This document shows positions 1-11,822 of a stretch of 64,000 nucleotides of DNA, one piece after another (the stretch's first letter is position 1; each line of letters opens with the position of its first letter). Origin of the DNA: Octopus vulgaris (taxonomy: Eukaryota); assembly GCA_951406725.2 (NCBI GenBank), contig OX597836.1, positions 33,418,001 to 33,482,000 on the forward strand, in the 5' to 3' direction. The notes beneath the pieces are model-generated. The model made no database searches and was not told the DNA's origin. It was given only the letters and a program-made list of their open reading frames with translations. Position numbers and translations under genes: made by a program.

Positions 1-899
1 CTAATTGATATGCCTGAAAAACTTATGGGACATGATACGCACAAGCAGAATACATGTACATACGGTGTTCCATAAGTGAGTCAGCATTGTAAGGAGTTTA
101 TAACCGGTATGCCTGAAAATCTTATGGGACATAACACACTTATACTTGTGCACATTTATTCGGAAATTATACACGCATGCATGCACACATACACACACAC
201 ACGCATGCATGCACACCCACACAAGTGAAATACAGGCACATACTCAGCGTTTCATGAGCAAGTCAGTATTATAAGGTATTTGTAATTGATAAGCCTGAAA
301 AACTTATGGGACATCTCACACACATGCACACAAACTACATGCACATTCAGTGTTCCATAAGCAAGTAAGCATTGTAAACAGCTTATAATTGATATACCTG
401 AAAAACTTATGGGACGCAATGCACTCACACACACACACAGAGATGAAACGCATATGCACTACAAATACACAGCGTTCCATAAGTAAGTCAGCATTGCAAA
501 GAGTTAATAATTGATATGCCTGAAAAACTTATGGGACATAATGCACACATACACACGCGCATGTGCACACACACACACAGATGAAAGACACATATATGAA
601 AAGCACACACGCACGTGCACACACACACAGAAATGAAAGACATGAAAAGTGCACACACAAATGTACACATACATGCACAAACACATACACACACACACAC
701 ACACATGCAAATACATGTTCCATAAGTAAGTCAGCATTGCAAAGGGTCTATAATTCATACACCTGAGAAACTTACGGGACGTAATGTAACACACACACAC
801 ACACACAAGTGAAAAGCACACACACACACAGTGTTCCACAAGTAAGTCAGCATTGCAAAAGAGTTTATAATTCATACGCCTGAAAAACCTATGGGACAT
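1..899. repeat. Tandem array of ~68-bp conserved units (6 full + 1 partial) separated by variable CA-rich spacers
   Basis: Unit GTGTTCCATAAGTAAGTCAGCATTG...TAATTGATATGCCTGAAAAACTTATGGGACAT at 1-33 (partial), 65-132, 247-314, 350-417, 472-539, 715-782, 831-899. Unit ends are inverted repeats (GTTCCATAAGT / ACTTATGGGAC). Confidence 0.9.
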
Positions 900-1135
900 G
901 TGTGTGTGTGTAAGCAAACACACACACACACACACAGCTCCTTCCCTCGTATATCATCACGTATGTAATTTCATATTCAGTCTCCTTCGTTACACGTCTC
1001 TATTCCATTCACCTGCACCAGTACAGTAATATCAGTATGGTTGTTACTATCACCACTGCCATTACTACTACTACTACTACTAACAACAACACATTGTTCG
1101 TTTTCCCCCCTCAGCTTCTTTGCTACATTACAGTC

Positions 1136-1446
1136 ATCATCATCATCATCATCATCATTTAATGTCCGCTTTCTGTGCTAGCATGGGTTGGAAGCCAGGA
1201 GGCTGCACCAGGCTCCAGTCTGATCTGGCAGTGTTTCTACAGCTGGATGCCCTTCCTAACACCAACCACCCCGTGAGTGTAGTGGGTGCTTCTTACGTGC
1301 CAGGCGAGGCTGGCAACGGCCATGATCGGTTGGTGCTTTTTACATGCCACTGGCACAGAGGCCAGTCGAGGCGGCGCTGGCAACGGCCACGTCTGGATGG
1401 TTCTTTTACGTGCCACCGGCACTGGTATCCCAACTACAATTTCCAT
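1136..1446 (-). mobile_element. 3' end of a retroposon with a (GAT)n tail (RTE-tail-like SINE/LINE fragment)
   Basis: (CAT)n then TTTAATGTCCGCTTT...GCTAGCATGGGTTGG...CTGGATGCCCTTCCTAA. The same sequence recurs at 49008-49180 and 56475-56522. Clade assignment is inference. Confidence 0.6.
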
Positions 1447-1506
1447 TGATTTTTTATCAACAATATTTATTATATGAGAAATCATTATTATTTTTATTAT
1501 TAATAA

Positions 1507-1965
1507 TAAGGTGCCAAGATGGCAGAATTGTTAGCACACTGGATGAAATGCTTAGCGGTATTCCGCCCGTCGCTACGTTCCGAGTTCAAATTCTGCCGAG
1601 GTCAACTTTACCTTGCATCCTTTCAGGGTTGATAAAATAAATACCAGTTGAATACTGGGGATCGATGTAATCAACTCATCCCCTCCCCCAAAATGGCTGC
1701 CCTTGTGGCTAAATCTGAAACCCTTATTATTATTATTATTCTTAAGGTGGTGAACTAGCAGAATCATTAGCACGCTGGGGAAAAATGCGTAGCGATATTT
1801 CACCTGTCGCTACGTTCCGAGATCAAATTCAGCAGAGGTCGACTTTATTTTTCATCCTTTCAGGGTCAATAAAATTAAGTACCAGTGAAACACTGGGGTC
1901 GATGTAATCAACTAGTCCCTTCCACCCTCAAAATTTCAGGCTTTGTGCCTTTAACAAAAAAGATT
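1507..1965 (+). mobile_element. Two diverged SINE family B copies in tandem, each ending in (ATT)n
   Basis: AAGGTG..GCAGAAT.GTTAGCAC head plus GAGGTCGACTTT..TTTCATCCTTTC.GGGTC.ATAAA..AGTACCAG core, seen twice (1507-1725, 1744-1965). Confidence 0.8.
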
Positions 1966-2004
1966 ATCATTATTCTGTCACATCTTATATTTATTTATTC
2001 ACAT

Positions 2005-2183
2005 TACTCTTTTACTTGTTTCAGTCATGTGACTGCAGCCATGCTGGAGCACCACCTTTAGTCGAGCAAATCAACCCCAGGACTTATTCATTGTAAGCCT
2101 AGTACTTATTCTATCAGTCTCTTTTACCGAACTGCTAAGTTATGGAGACGTAAACACACCAGCATCGGTTGTCAAGCGATGTT
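2005..2183 (-). mobile_element. SINE family A, 3' half
   Basis: Reverse complement of the family A 3' segment GGTGCTCCAGCATGGC..CAGTCA.ATGACTGAAACAAGTAAAAGAG. Confidence 0.8.
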
Positions 2184-2221
2184 GGTAGATGGTAACTGAA
2201 GAAGCCCATTGTGTATGTGTG

Positions 2222-2465
2222 TACCAGGTTATCAGATATTGTAACACATCACTGGTCACAATGCACTTTGCATTGCTTTAGCCTTCAAATTTACTTCACC
2301 CCGACTGGCTAGGCAAACAAGACAACATTGCTCCCTGATCAAAAAAGGGGGAGATTGGAGCAAGGGTTTTTGCTGAGGAATAAAATGTGCCACCTGGTCT
2401 GTGAATTGACCCCGTGATCTTGTGACTGTTAGTGCAACACCCTTACCACTAGGCCACATGCCTAC
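2222..2465 (-). mobile_element. Diverged tRNA-headed SINE (family C/E-type tail)
   Basis: Minus strand TGGCCTAGTGGTAAGG A-box-like head. The tail matches 28520-28632 and 50648-50762. Confidence 0.6.
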
Positions 2466-3504
2466 ATACACGTATAGTACAAAAATGAAAATATGGAAAG
2501 ACGAGGTAAAAAAAAACCAAACAAACAGATCTGTGCTCAGGAAAAATTAGAAGTGTTTTTATGTTTCAAGCATATGCTCTTCTCCAGAAAGAAGAGATGA
2601 GAAGAGAAAAAACAAATGGAGAGAGAGAAAAGAACCAATTTGTCTCAAACAAACCGTCATCTTGTGATGAAAATATATGTGAGTGAGTCTTTGTTTGTAC
2701 CCTGCCTTCACTTAAAAACCAGTGTTGGTTTATTTACGTCCTCATAATTCAGTGGTTTGGTAAAAAGAGGCTGATAGAATAAGTTATCAAGTTACAGAAA
2801 ATAAGCACAGGTGCTGATTCATTTGGCTAAAAACCCTTCGAAGAGGTGCCCCAGCATGACCGCAGCGCAATGTCTGAAGCATGCGAAAGGTAAAAGGTAC
2901 ACGCAGTGGGGGATGGGGAGGGGGCTATTTCTCTACATAATACGACTTCAGGCTGACACCATCCTTCTTTATGAGGGTATTAATGTAATTGAAGACAAAT
3001 TATAACCAAATTATACCACCATATTGCTAAGACGGAATAATTATTATAAAGATCAGATTTCAATTTTTAATGGGTGTGTGACAATCACTGAGGACACACA
3101 GAATATATATACCCATGTACCCCTGAATAAAATAAACCTCATTCAAGCAAGCTACTATCGTAGATTAGATTTATTAACCGACTTTTCCCCCTTTCCTAAA
3201 AAATATTGTTCTTGTTTTGTACCATTAGACATTATAATTATTAATTATTATTGTTAATCATAATTAATCTCTTAACATTGTCAAATGGCAAAATACCGTT
3301 ATTTAATGGCTTATAAGGTGCCCTTTGTTTTAACACCCCACCCCAAAATATCCCAGAAAATCAGCCTGCATTGTATAAATACTTGACTGGTGTTTCATTT
3401 ATAGACCAGCAAAGTCGAGATTTCAGAAAGGGCATGCCAAAACTGAGATGCAGTTTATAAGTATGCTCATCTAAAAAGTCCTCAAATACAGCATATTGAT
3501 AAGC

Positions 3505-3835
3505 ATGATATGACTCAGTGGTTATAGCATCAGGCTCACAATCACAAGGTAGTGAGTTCAATTCCTGGACTGGGCTGTGTGTTGTGTTCTTGAGCAAGGT
3601 ACTTTATTTCATGTTGTTCCAGTAGTTCACTCAGCTATAGAAATGGGTTGCAACGTCGTTGGTGCCAAGCTGTATTGGCCCCTTTGCTTTCCCTTGGATA
3701 ACATCGGTGGCACGGAAAGAGGAGGCTGGTATGCAAGGGTGAATGCTGGTCTTCCATAAACAAATTTGCCCCGACTTGTGCCTCAGATGGGAACTTTCTA
3801 GGGGCAATCCCATGGTCATTCATGACCAAAGGGAA
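3505..3835 (+). mobile_element. tRNA-headed SINE family D
   Basis: TGACTCAGTGGTTA A-box-like and GAGTTCAATTCC B-box-like motifs, then TTGTGTTCTTGAGCAAGG. Inverted copy at 51625-51930; related head at 38575-38812. Confidence 0.7.
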
Positions 3836-3885
3836 TAATTACCTTTTTACAGGATATTGATAAGCATGACATACATATATATATA

Positions 3886-4261
3886 GGTGCAGGCATGGCT
3901 GTGTGAATAGGCGCAGACGTGGCTGTCTGGTAAGAAGCTTGCTTCCCAACCACATGGTTCTGGGTTCAGTCTCACTGCGCGGCACCTTGGGCAAGTGTCT
4001 TTTACTATAGCCTCGGGCCAACCAAAGCCTTGTGAGTGGATTTGGTAGGCGGAAACTGAAAGAAGCCCATCGTATATATGTATATATTTATGTGTGGTTC
4101 TGTGTTTGACCGTCACTTGACAACCAATGTTGATATGTGTTTATGTCCCTGTAACTCAGTGGTTCGGCAAAAGCGCCCGATAGAATAAGTCCTGAGGTCA
4201 ATTTGTTCAACCAAAGGCAGTGCTCCAGCATGGCTGCAGTCAGATGACTGAAACAAGTAAA
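3886..4261 (+). mobile_element. SINE family A (tRNA-derived head, internal microsatellite)
   Basis: Matches the family consensus GGCGCAGGAGTGGCTGTGTGG...GGTTCAGTCCCACTGCGTGGCACCTTGGGCAAGTG...GAAACAAGTAAAAG. Confidence 0.85.
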
Positions 4262-4306
4262 GGCCTTGTGCTTCCAGTAGAAAGGATTATTATTATTATT
4301 ATTATT

Positions 4307-4520
4307 AAGGTGGCAAGTTGGCAGAATCGTTAGCATGCTGGGCGAAACGCTTAGTGACATTTCGTCTGTCTTCATGTTCTGAGTTCAAATTCCATAGAGG
4401 TTGACTTTGCTTTTCATCCTTTCGGGGTTGATAAATTAAGAACCAGTGAAACACTGGGAGGTCAATGTAATCGACTTAATCTCTTCCAAAATTTGAGACC
4501 TCATGTTTCCAGTAGAAAGT
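4307..4520 (+). mobile_element. SINE family B, (ATT)n-tailed subtype
   Basis: Family B head and core, embedded in (ATT)n. Confidence 0.8.
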
Positions 4521-4994
4521 ATTATTATTATTATTATTACTACTACTATTATTATTATTATTATTGTTGTTGTTTTGTTGTTGCTGTCAGTCCGTCAACA
4601 AAAAAAAAAAAAGTCTTTGCAATGCTTTAGAAATTTAATTAAAATTATTTTTAAAATTTATTTTTTCCTTTTCACACAATTATTAATATTCCACAAGGGA
4701 GTTCAGCCATGAAACATTAGTATGAACCAGTACGTACACACATGTGGCATATCCCGCCAAACACACACATACATACATACATACATACATACATGGACAC
4801 ATACACACAAACACAGACAAGTACTTAGAATGTAAAAACAGGAAAATATTCAATATGTACACCACAGGGGGTTTATTAATTTTTTTTAAAAGCTGTGGTT
4901 TCATTTTGCTACTTCTGAGTTTTATAATTTGCAGTCTGTCAGAGTCAGACAAAAATCAGCAGCAGCAGCAGCAACGGTAGTAGTAGTAGTGCAT

Positions 4995-5056
4995 ATGAAT
5001 AAGGGAGACAGGGAGAGAGGATGGGCGGAGAGATTAAGCAAGCAAGGGCCAATCAG
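4995..5056 (+). CDS. Speculative first coding exon of an unknown small protein (MNKGDRERGWAERLSKQGPI)
   Basis: ATG at 4995 is in the only open frame of a candidate exon (acceptor TTTATAATTTGCAG|4935, consensus donor CAG|GTAAGA after 5056). Its phase-2 end fits the exon at 6471. No homology recognised. Confidence 0.2.
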
Positions 5057-5243
5057 GTAAGAAGATAAAGCAGACAGTGAGATGGCCACAGTCAACATGA
5101 AGTTTTACAGTCTTGAAAAAAGAAAAAAAAAAAAAATAGTGAAAGTAAATTGTTCTAAAACAATGAAAGTAAATTTCGACAGAAGATGGAAGCGAGGACA
5201 GCACTAACCCACAATTTCACGTAAATTAATGTATACGAAGTAA

Positions 5244-5662
5244 ATTTCTTTACTACCCACAAGGGGCTAAACACAGAAGGGACAAACAAGGACAGACATA
5301 GGTATTAAGTCGATTATATCGACCCCAGTGCGTAACTGGTACTTAATTTATCAACCCCGAAAGGATGAAAGGCAAAGTCGACCTCGGCGGAATTTGAACT
5401 CAGAACTTAGTGGCAGACGAAATACCTATTTCTTTACTACCCACAGGGGGCTAAACACAGAGGGGACAAACAAGGACAGACAAAGGGATTAAGTCGATTA
5501 CATCGACCCCAGTGCGTAACTGGTACTTGATTTATCGACTCCGAAACGATGAAAGGCAAAGTCGACCTCGCCGGAATTTGAACTCAGAACATAACGGTAG
5601 ACGAAATACGGCTACGCATTTCGCCCGGCGTGCTAACGTTTCTGGCAGCTTGCGCCGCCTTT
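5244..5662 (-). mobile_element. SINE family B dimer with 25-bp target-site duplication
   Basis: One head and two bodies, flanked by ACGTAAATTA(A/T)TGTATACGAAGTAA at 5219-5243 and 5663-5687 (1 mismatch). Confidence 0.9.
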
Positions 5663-6470
5663 ACGTAAATTATTGTATACGAAGTAACCAACACATCGAA
5701 CATAGATGTATTAATGTATAACATCGCATGAAAACTGTAGGTAAATTTTTTTAAGATGAAAGCAATAACACTTCTCTGTGGTGTTCGTTGTGAAGTACGT
5801 GTCTGTGGAAATGGCATAATGTGGGAGTTGCTTAAGTTCCTCAATTGAAATTTTGTGATGTCACTGTCGTCACTTCCGGTTTCTATCGCAATTTACTTTC
5901 ACTTTCTTTTTGAAGACCTTAAACTGCATATCAACCATTACCAACTAACTAAGCCCAAAGAACCAGCAGAAGAACGAAGTGAATAATTTTAAACAGATTA
6001 TTGGTCAGCATTTCATAAATAAAAAACCCTACCAAAATATACCATTCGACACGTGATCCATACACACAGATCTGAAGCCCAATCATGGGCACCCTGAGAC
6101 CCATGGGATCTTCTGAATGGCACGCCAAACGAAAAAATTACCTTGAATTAAAAAAAATTGTATTAGAAGTGCGGCCTGCCTGACGATAAAGCATATATCA
6201 TGTGACTCTCTTCTCAAAAACGTTTGTCTATGCCCGAATCAAGCTAATGGAACATGCTAGAAATAGCAGCCAAAGCACATACGTATCTACACCCTATCGT
6301 CTCAAAACGAAAAAGGGAGGGGGGTACATTGAGTAATGCCATACGAGATAGACTGACTGCGGACTTGAAAGAAAAATAAACGAAACAGGGAAGACCTAGG
6401 GCTACACAAGAAGAACATCAACAACAACACAGTCTTCAAAAGTTTTTTTCTTTCTTTCTTTTTTGGTCAG

Positions 6471-6532
6471 TGACTTGTATGCTGATGTTTTCAAGGAGAT
6501 TCTATTTACCGAAAGGCACATCGCTGGAAAAG
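6471..6532 (+). CDS. Candidate internal coding exon (DLYADVFKEILFTERHIAGK)
   Basis: Long pyrimidine tract TTTTTTTCTTTCTTTCTTTTTTGGTCAG acceptor and AAG|GTTTAT donor. Open frame in non-repetitive sequence; phase-1 end fits the exon at 7024. Confidence 0.35.
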
Positions 6533-7023
6533 GTTTATTAAATAAAACTTACTTTTTCTCAACAATTAAGCTGTACTAAATAAACAGTCTTAACGATCTC
6601 GTCTGCTTGTTTTTAGGGAGTAGCAAATCTTTAACGCTGTTTTTTCTTCTTCTTCTCTCTTTTATTAACGCTTTGCGTTTTATCCTTTCTTATTCACTTA
6701 ACGAACGAGAGAGTATTCCAGCTGGTTTTATCAATGGAACTATCTTAGCCACTGTTATTATTATTATTACACTTTAAGTGCCTGATTATTCCACAGACGC
6801 ACGTACGTTTAGACGTAATCTTCACAGACCCAGCGTGACACTGTGTTGTTACAAGGATGCCAATCCCCTACGTTTTTATTGCAGGTAGTCCCACTTGAAT
6901 TAATAGAGCAAGTAGCCGAGTACTCCACATGCATTTGGGATCTTGTTAAAATTCTTCCAAACAGCTTGAAGCATTTCAATACTTCATCATAAAATTACAT
7001 AATTTTAAATATTTTTATTACAG

Positions 7024-7151
7024 TGCGGGACCAAATATCCGATAAACTTGGAACCAGAAATAACCCGGATCTCTGGATTTTTCCTGGCAGAGACGTTAGT
7101 AAAAGAGATGTATACATGAAATGGCCGACAACGAAGAGAAACAATCGCTAA
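7024..7151 (+). CDS. Candidate terminal coding exon (VRDQISDKLGTRNNPDLWIFPGRDVSKRDVYMKWPTTKRNNR*)
   Basis: Acceptor ATTTTTATTACAG|, open to TAA at 7149-7151, unique sequence, in frame with 6471-6532. Product not recognised. Confidence 0.35.
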
Positions 7152-7615
7152 ACTAGTTTCTTTTTTTATTTTATTTCGTAGAAACATCGCCTAAACGTTT
7201 TTATTATGTTTGCGAAAATGACGCCATGTAAACTCTCGTCTGAATTTTCCATGCACGGAGCGATATTTACTTGCGATGAAACATCCATGTTCTTTTTTTA
7301 TTTTGTCGGTTATATAACGTTGGATCGCTGGATCGTTGGGGGTCTTAACGAAACGACAGGTTTTACAGTGGAATTAGCAGTAGTTTTCCTTTCACTTTGC
7401 TGTCTGCCATTATTAACTTACATAAAACATGTGATCGGTCAGGCAACTCGTATCATACCTGTAAACTTTCTTAAGCAAACTCAATGTGATAATGTAGTGT
7501 GTGTGTCTGTGCGGTTGTTGTGCCTATATATGTATGTATGTAATGAAACAAGACGGGGGTCACTGAATTATAACTATCTTTGAAACTGTATATAGTCATA
7601 TATGAAGGGATCCTC

Positions 7616-8041
7616 GGATCTTTTCGGTTTGAACGGCAGTTTTTAGCATAATTTCTAGGTAACTAAAAAATTTTAAACTTCGTATACTGGTAGAATGTGT
7701 TTATAAAGCATCTTTTTCTCTTGGCTTTATTGAGAAAATTCTATAGTTTGTAAGATATTTGTTGTTTTTCTTCTTTAATTTCTGCAATTTAAACCAATCA
7801 CTGACGTCTATTGAGGTAAAAAAAAAACATTCTATGCCGTATGAATATGTCCCGCGTTTAAGAAACAGATTGGGTTTATTTACATTTCTAAAGAAAAAAA
7901 AGATACGCTTCCCCCCACCCTTAATCCTAACTAACCCTAAAACAGATTGAAATGCAATAGATCGATACTAGGGTCAAAATTATGGGTGACAATTTCATAT
8001 GACACCACTAGAAAAAACTGCCATTCAAACCGAAAAGATGC
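7616..8041. mobile_element. MITE with ~29-bp GGATCTTTTCGGTTTGAACGGCAGTTTTT TIRs and 8-bp TSD (Merlin-like)
   Basis: The right end AAAAACTGCCATTCAAACCGAAAAGATGC is the inverted copy. Flanks are GGATCCTC (7608-7615) and AGATCCTC (8042-8049). Superfamily is inferred from GG termini plus 8-bp TSD. Confidence 0.85.
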
Positions 8042-8926
8042 AGATCCTCTAATCACCAAGTCGCAGATCATTTCGTACCGGGTTGCAGACAATTTGGGAC
8101 TGAGCCGCAAAGAGAGAATAAATTTGAAAGTTTTATTTCCGTTTTATTGACTATCGCCGTTTTCGGGGTCTTTTTGCGTAATAAATATGCATTACATATG
8201 TAAATAATTAAATCATATATTGTGCACTTTATTGTGTTTTGTTATGCGTGGTCCATGGGAATATTGCTTAGCATAAAATTAGTCCATGGTACAGAAACGG
8301 TCAGGGACCGTTGGTCTAAGCCGTTGTGATTTCCGTATAGACTAGTGTTATCAATAGAACCTTTGCCCAAGTAAACTCAGATTGTTATTAACGCAGTAAA
8401 TAAATCTTCGAGCAAAACTGTAACTCAAAGCGTGCGTGACAAAATAAGATCTTCGGACAATAGGTGAAACGTGGTATGGCTGGGTGATAATGAAGTTAGT
8501 TCGGTAACATAACATTCTTGGTTCGATTTCACTACGCGGTATCCAATTTACTTCATTTTTCTTTCCCAAGCGTTTTCTTTTCAATGAATTTCTACTGGAC
8601 TAAATGATTTGTGGTCGGTTTGTTTGAATGATAAATACTCGTGGATCAGAACTCAACGGTAATACAATAATACAATACAAACAACCGAGTGATTTCCTGT
8701 TACCTTGGCTTGGCATTAAGCCACATGATCAACATACTGGCTCATTTTAAGCCATAAAACTGATTTTGCACTGCTAGTTTTCATGATTGTATCTTGGGAT
8801 TAGAGCATTGAAAAGTTACTAACTTTCTCAAGCGCTGATTACAACAAGCTTTTCCTTCCTTCCAGCCCTCACCTCTCTCTGCTGAGTTCAATCTGCGATT
8901 GGGGAGAATCACCAGTTGATCACCGC

Positions 8927-9246
8927 AGATACCTATTTCTTTACTATGAAAGGCAAAGTCGACCTCGGCGGAATTTGAACTCAGAACGTAGCGGCAGACG
9001 AAATACCTATTTCTATTTCTTTATTACCCACAAGGGGCTAAACACAGAGGGGACAAACAAGGACAGACATAGGTATTAAGTCGATTACATCGACCCCAGT
9101 GCGTAACTGGTACTTATTTAATCGACCCCGAAAGGATGAAAGGCAAAGTCGACCTCGGCGGAATTTGAACTCAGAACGTAGCGACAGACGAAATACCGCT
9201 AAGCATTTCGCCCGGACGCGCTAACGTTTCTGCCAGCTCGCCGCCT

Positions 9247-9247
<1 letters not shown>
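8927..9247 (-). mobile_element. SINE family B multimer
   Basis: Near-consensus head at 9247, full body, then a partial second body past the GAAATAG|GTATTTC junction at 9006/9007. Confidence 0.9.
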
Positions 9248-9278
<31 letters not shown>

Positions 9279-9280
<2 letters not shown>

Positions 9281-9455
9281 CTTACAAACACATATAACAT
9301 ACAGAAAATTGCACTACTAGGCACTGCACACATCCTACGTAGAACATTTTCCATTCAATAACCATCAGAGCATCACAACAAATCACAGCACATACCCAAG
9401 GCACACAGAGCTGCGCTCGGTAGTGAATGAAAGCACGCTATAAAAAATAAAACTA

Positions 9456-9500
<45 letters not shown>
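9279..9500 (+). mobile_element. 5'-truncated Dong/R4-clade non-LTR retrotransposon 3' end inside a (TAA)n tract
   Basis: 9281-9361 reads LTNTYNIQKIALLGTAHILRRTFSIQ*, the QKxxLLGTAHILR C-terminal motif of R4/Dong ORFs. A ~100-bp UTR follows, with (TAA)n on both sides. Confidence 0.8.
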
Positions 9501-9505
<5 letters not shown>

Positions 9506-9854
9506 CAACAACAAAACAATACGGTAACAGAAAGGGAAGAGGAGCGTATTTATAGCAGTAGGAAGACAAGCGGAAAAGTGTATAATATTAAATATAATTT
9601 ATTGAAAGACAAGGTCACAATGTTTAATCTATAATCTTTAAGAGACCTTCAAAGTATGAACCAATTGATGTTGAAATATTTCCATCAATTAATACATATT
9701 TTGAAATGCTTCGACCGAAGAAAGTCCTTACGTAATGAATATATTTCCTATTATATATTACCCAGACTTGAAATGAATTTGAAATATCATTATTTAGTTT
9801 GACCCCCCCCACCTCTCTCTCTGTGTATGTGTGTGTATATAAATATATATATAT

Positions 9855-10009
9855 ACTCTTTTACTCGCTGCAGTCATTTGACTGTGGCCTTTTGTCGAGC
9901 CTAGTACTTATTCTATCGGTCTCTTTTGCCGAACCGCTAAGCTACGGAGACGTAAACATACCAGCATCGGTTGTCAAGTGATGTTGGAAAGGGGGGGGGG
10001 CAAATATAT

Positions 10010-10062
<53 letters not shown>

Positions 10063-10220
10063 TATATACGACGGTCTTCTTTCAGTTTCCGTCTACCAAA
10101 TCCACTCACAAGGCTTTGGTCGGTCCGAGGCTATAGCAGAAGACACTTGCCCAAGGCGCCACACAGTGGGACTGAACTCGGAACCATGCGGTTTGTAAGC
10201 AAGCTACTCACCACATAGCC

Positions 10221-10222
<2 letters not shown>
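9855..10222 (-). mobile_element. SINE family A
   Basis: Reverse complement of the family consensus with an internal (TA)n. Confidence 0.85.
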
Positions 10223-10276
<54 letters not shown>

Positions 10277-10489
10277 AATATATAGGGATAAATATAATAT
10301 AAAGACAAATTATCTAATTATCTACCTGGGCATCGTAATAGCTCTCAGGTATATTCCAAGTTCCGGCTAAGCACATCAAGGATCGTTTAGGGTGAGGAAC
10401 CGTACTGTAATACTTCTGATGGGGGAATCCGGGTTCGCTTCGCTGTATTATGAGTTCGGGAGTGCAAATCTAAAAGAATCACAAAGAAA

Positions 10490-10636
10490 AAAAAAGATAC
10501 CCTTCGCCCACCCCTAACCATGACCTTAACCCTAAAACAGATTGAAATGCAATAGATCGATATTAGCGTCATAATTATGGGTGACAATTTCATATGACAC
10601 CACTAGAAAAAACTGCCGTTCAAACCGAAAAGATCC
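10490..10636. mobile_element. Right-hand half of the GGATCTT (Merlin-like) MITE
   Basis: Matches 7895-8041 and ends AAAAACTGCCGTTCAAACCGAAAAGATCC. Confidence 0.8.
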
Positions 10637-11044
10637 TGCATTTGTAATTTATAATTATTATACCCATGGTTTATATATATTTACATATAATTGATTATAT
10701 TGTGTATAATCATTCTCCGGAAGTCGAAGTTTGTAAAGAATGCCTCAAAATTACTAATTCTCATGGCATCGACAAATATATATATATATCTTTGGGCCCT
10801 CAGCTCCTGTGACAGTGTGTGGGGACCCATCGTAACATACAACGTGTCTTGGATACGCTTTAGATTTGACGGGCCCCAGTCTTTCCTCTCTAGTTCTGTA
10901 CCAGCTGATTTCTTGAGAAACAACGAAAGAAACGGTGGCTACCAGCGCTGAACTGGTCCCTTTCTTTATCAACCCCGTAAAGAATGAAAAACTAAGTCGA
11001 TATCGGTATTATGTACGATCTATAATCAATATAACGTGTGGGTG

Positions 11045-11252
11045 TCGTTAAAAAGACAGAAGCTGCAGATTTTCTTTTCGTTTTTTTTTTTGCTGTGGAA
11101 AATCCCTTTATAGGCGTATTGTGTTATGGGGCGATTTCCTTCCGCCTAGCTCTTAAGTACTTTGTGTTTTTTTATTCTTCTATTAATAAAACACGTCTGT
11201 AAAAGGACATTTTCCCCCAGACGGAAAGCCGCAGTTTCTGACTTTTTAACGA
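11045..11252. mobile_element. Candidate small MITE (~28-bp imperfect TIRs)
   Basis: TCGTTAAAAAGACAGAAGCTGCAGATTT at the left and AAAGCCGCAGTTTCTGACTTTTTAACGA at the right are inverted copies. Confidence 0.5.
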
Positions 11253-11532
11253 TCTGTTGAGTATGTTTATCGCGATGATAAAAATGTTTAATATACTGAT
11301 ATGTCGCCACTGGCGCCATGAGAAGTGAACAACATCAGCGTTAAAGGCGCGAAATTCTAATGCGTCTTTGGACGTTGACCGATGAAGAATTAGTTATGAA
11401 TTTTCTGTTATGATCTTGTAATATGTCTGGTTGTGTTTTTGATAAATTTTTGCAAAATATGAGTAGTTTGTCCTGTTCATGCTATATTAGTAACATTATC
11501 CTGAGTTTGAGAATAAAATTATTTCCTTATAT

Positions 11533-11719
11533 ATTGGTTGAAATTGCAGAAATTGAAGAAAAAAAACAACAAATATCTTACAAACTATAGAATTTTCTCA
11601 ATAAAGCCAAGAGAAAAAGATGTTTTATAAACACATTCTACCAGTATACGAAGTTAAAAAATTTTTTTAGTTACCTCGAAATTATGCTAAAAAAACTGCA
11701 GTTCAAACCGAAAAGATCC
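11533..11719. mobile_element. Left-hand half (inverted) of the GGATCTT (Merlin-like) MITE
   Basis: Reverse complement of 7616-7800. Confidence 0.8.
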
Positions 11720-11789
11720 CAAATGCATAATTATAAATACAAATATACAATTAATTATACATAACACACACACACACACAGACACATAA

Positions 11790-11822
<33 letters not shown>

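Noticed and set aside
1-899. CRISPR array
   Set aside because: Repeats are 68 bp and diverged, spacers are low-complexity and 31-175 bp, the context is eukaryotic, and there are no cas genes.
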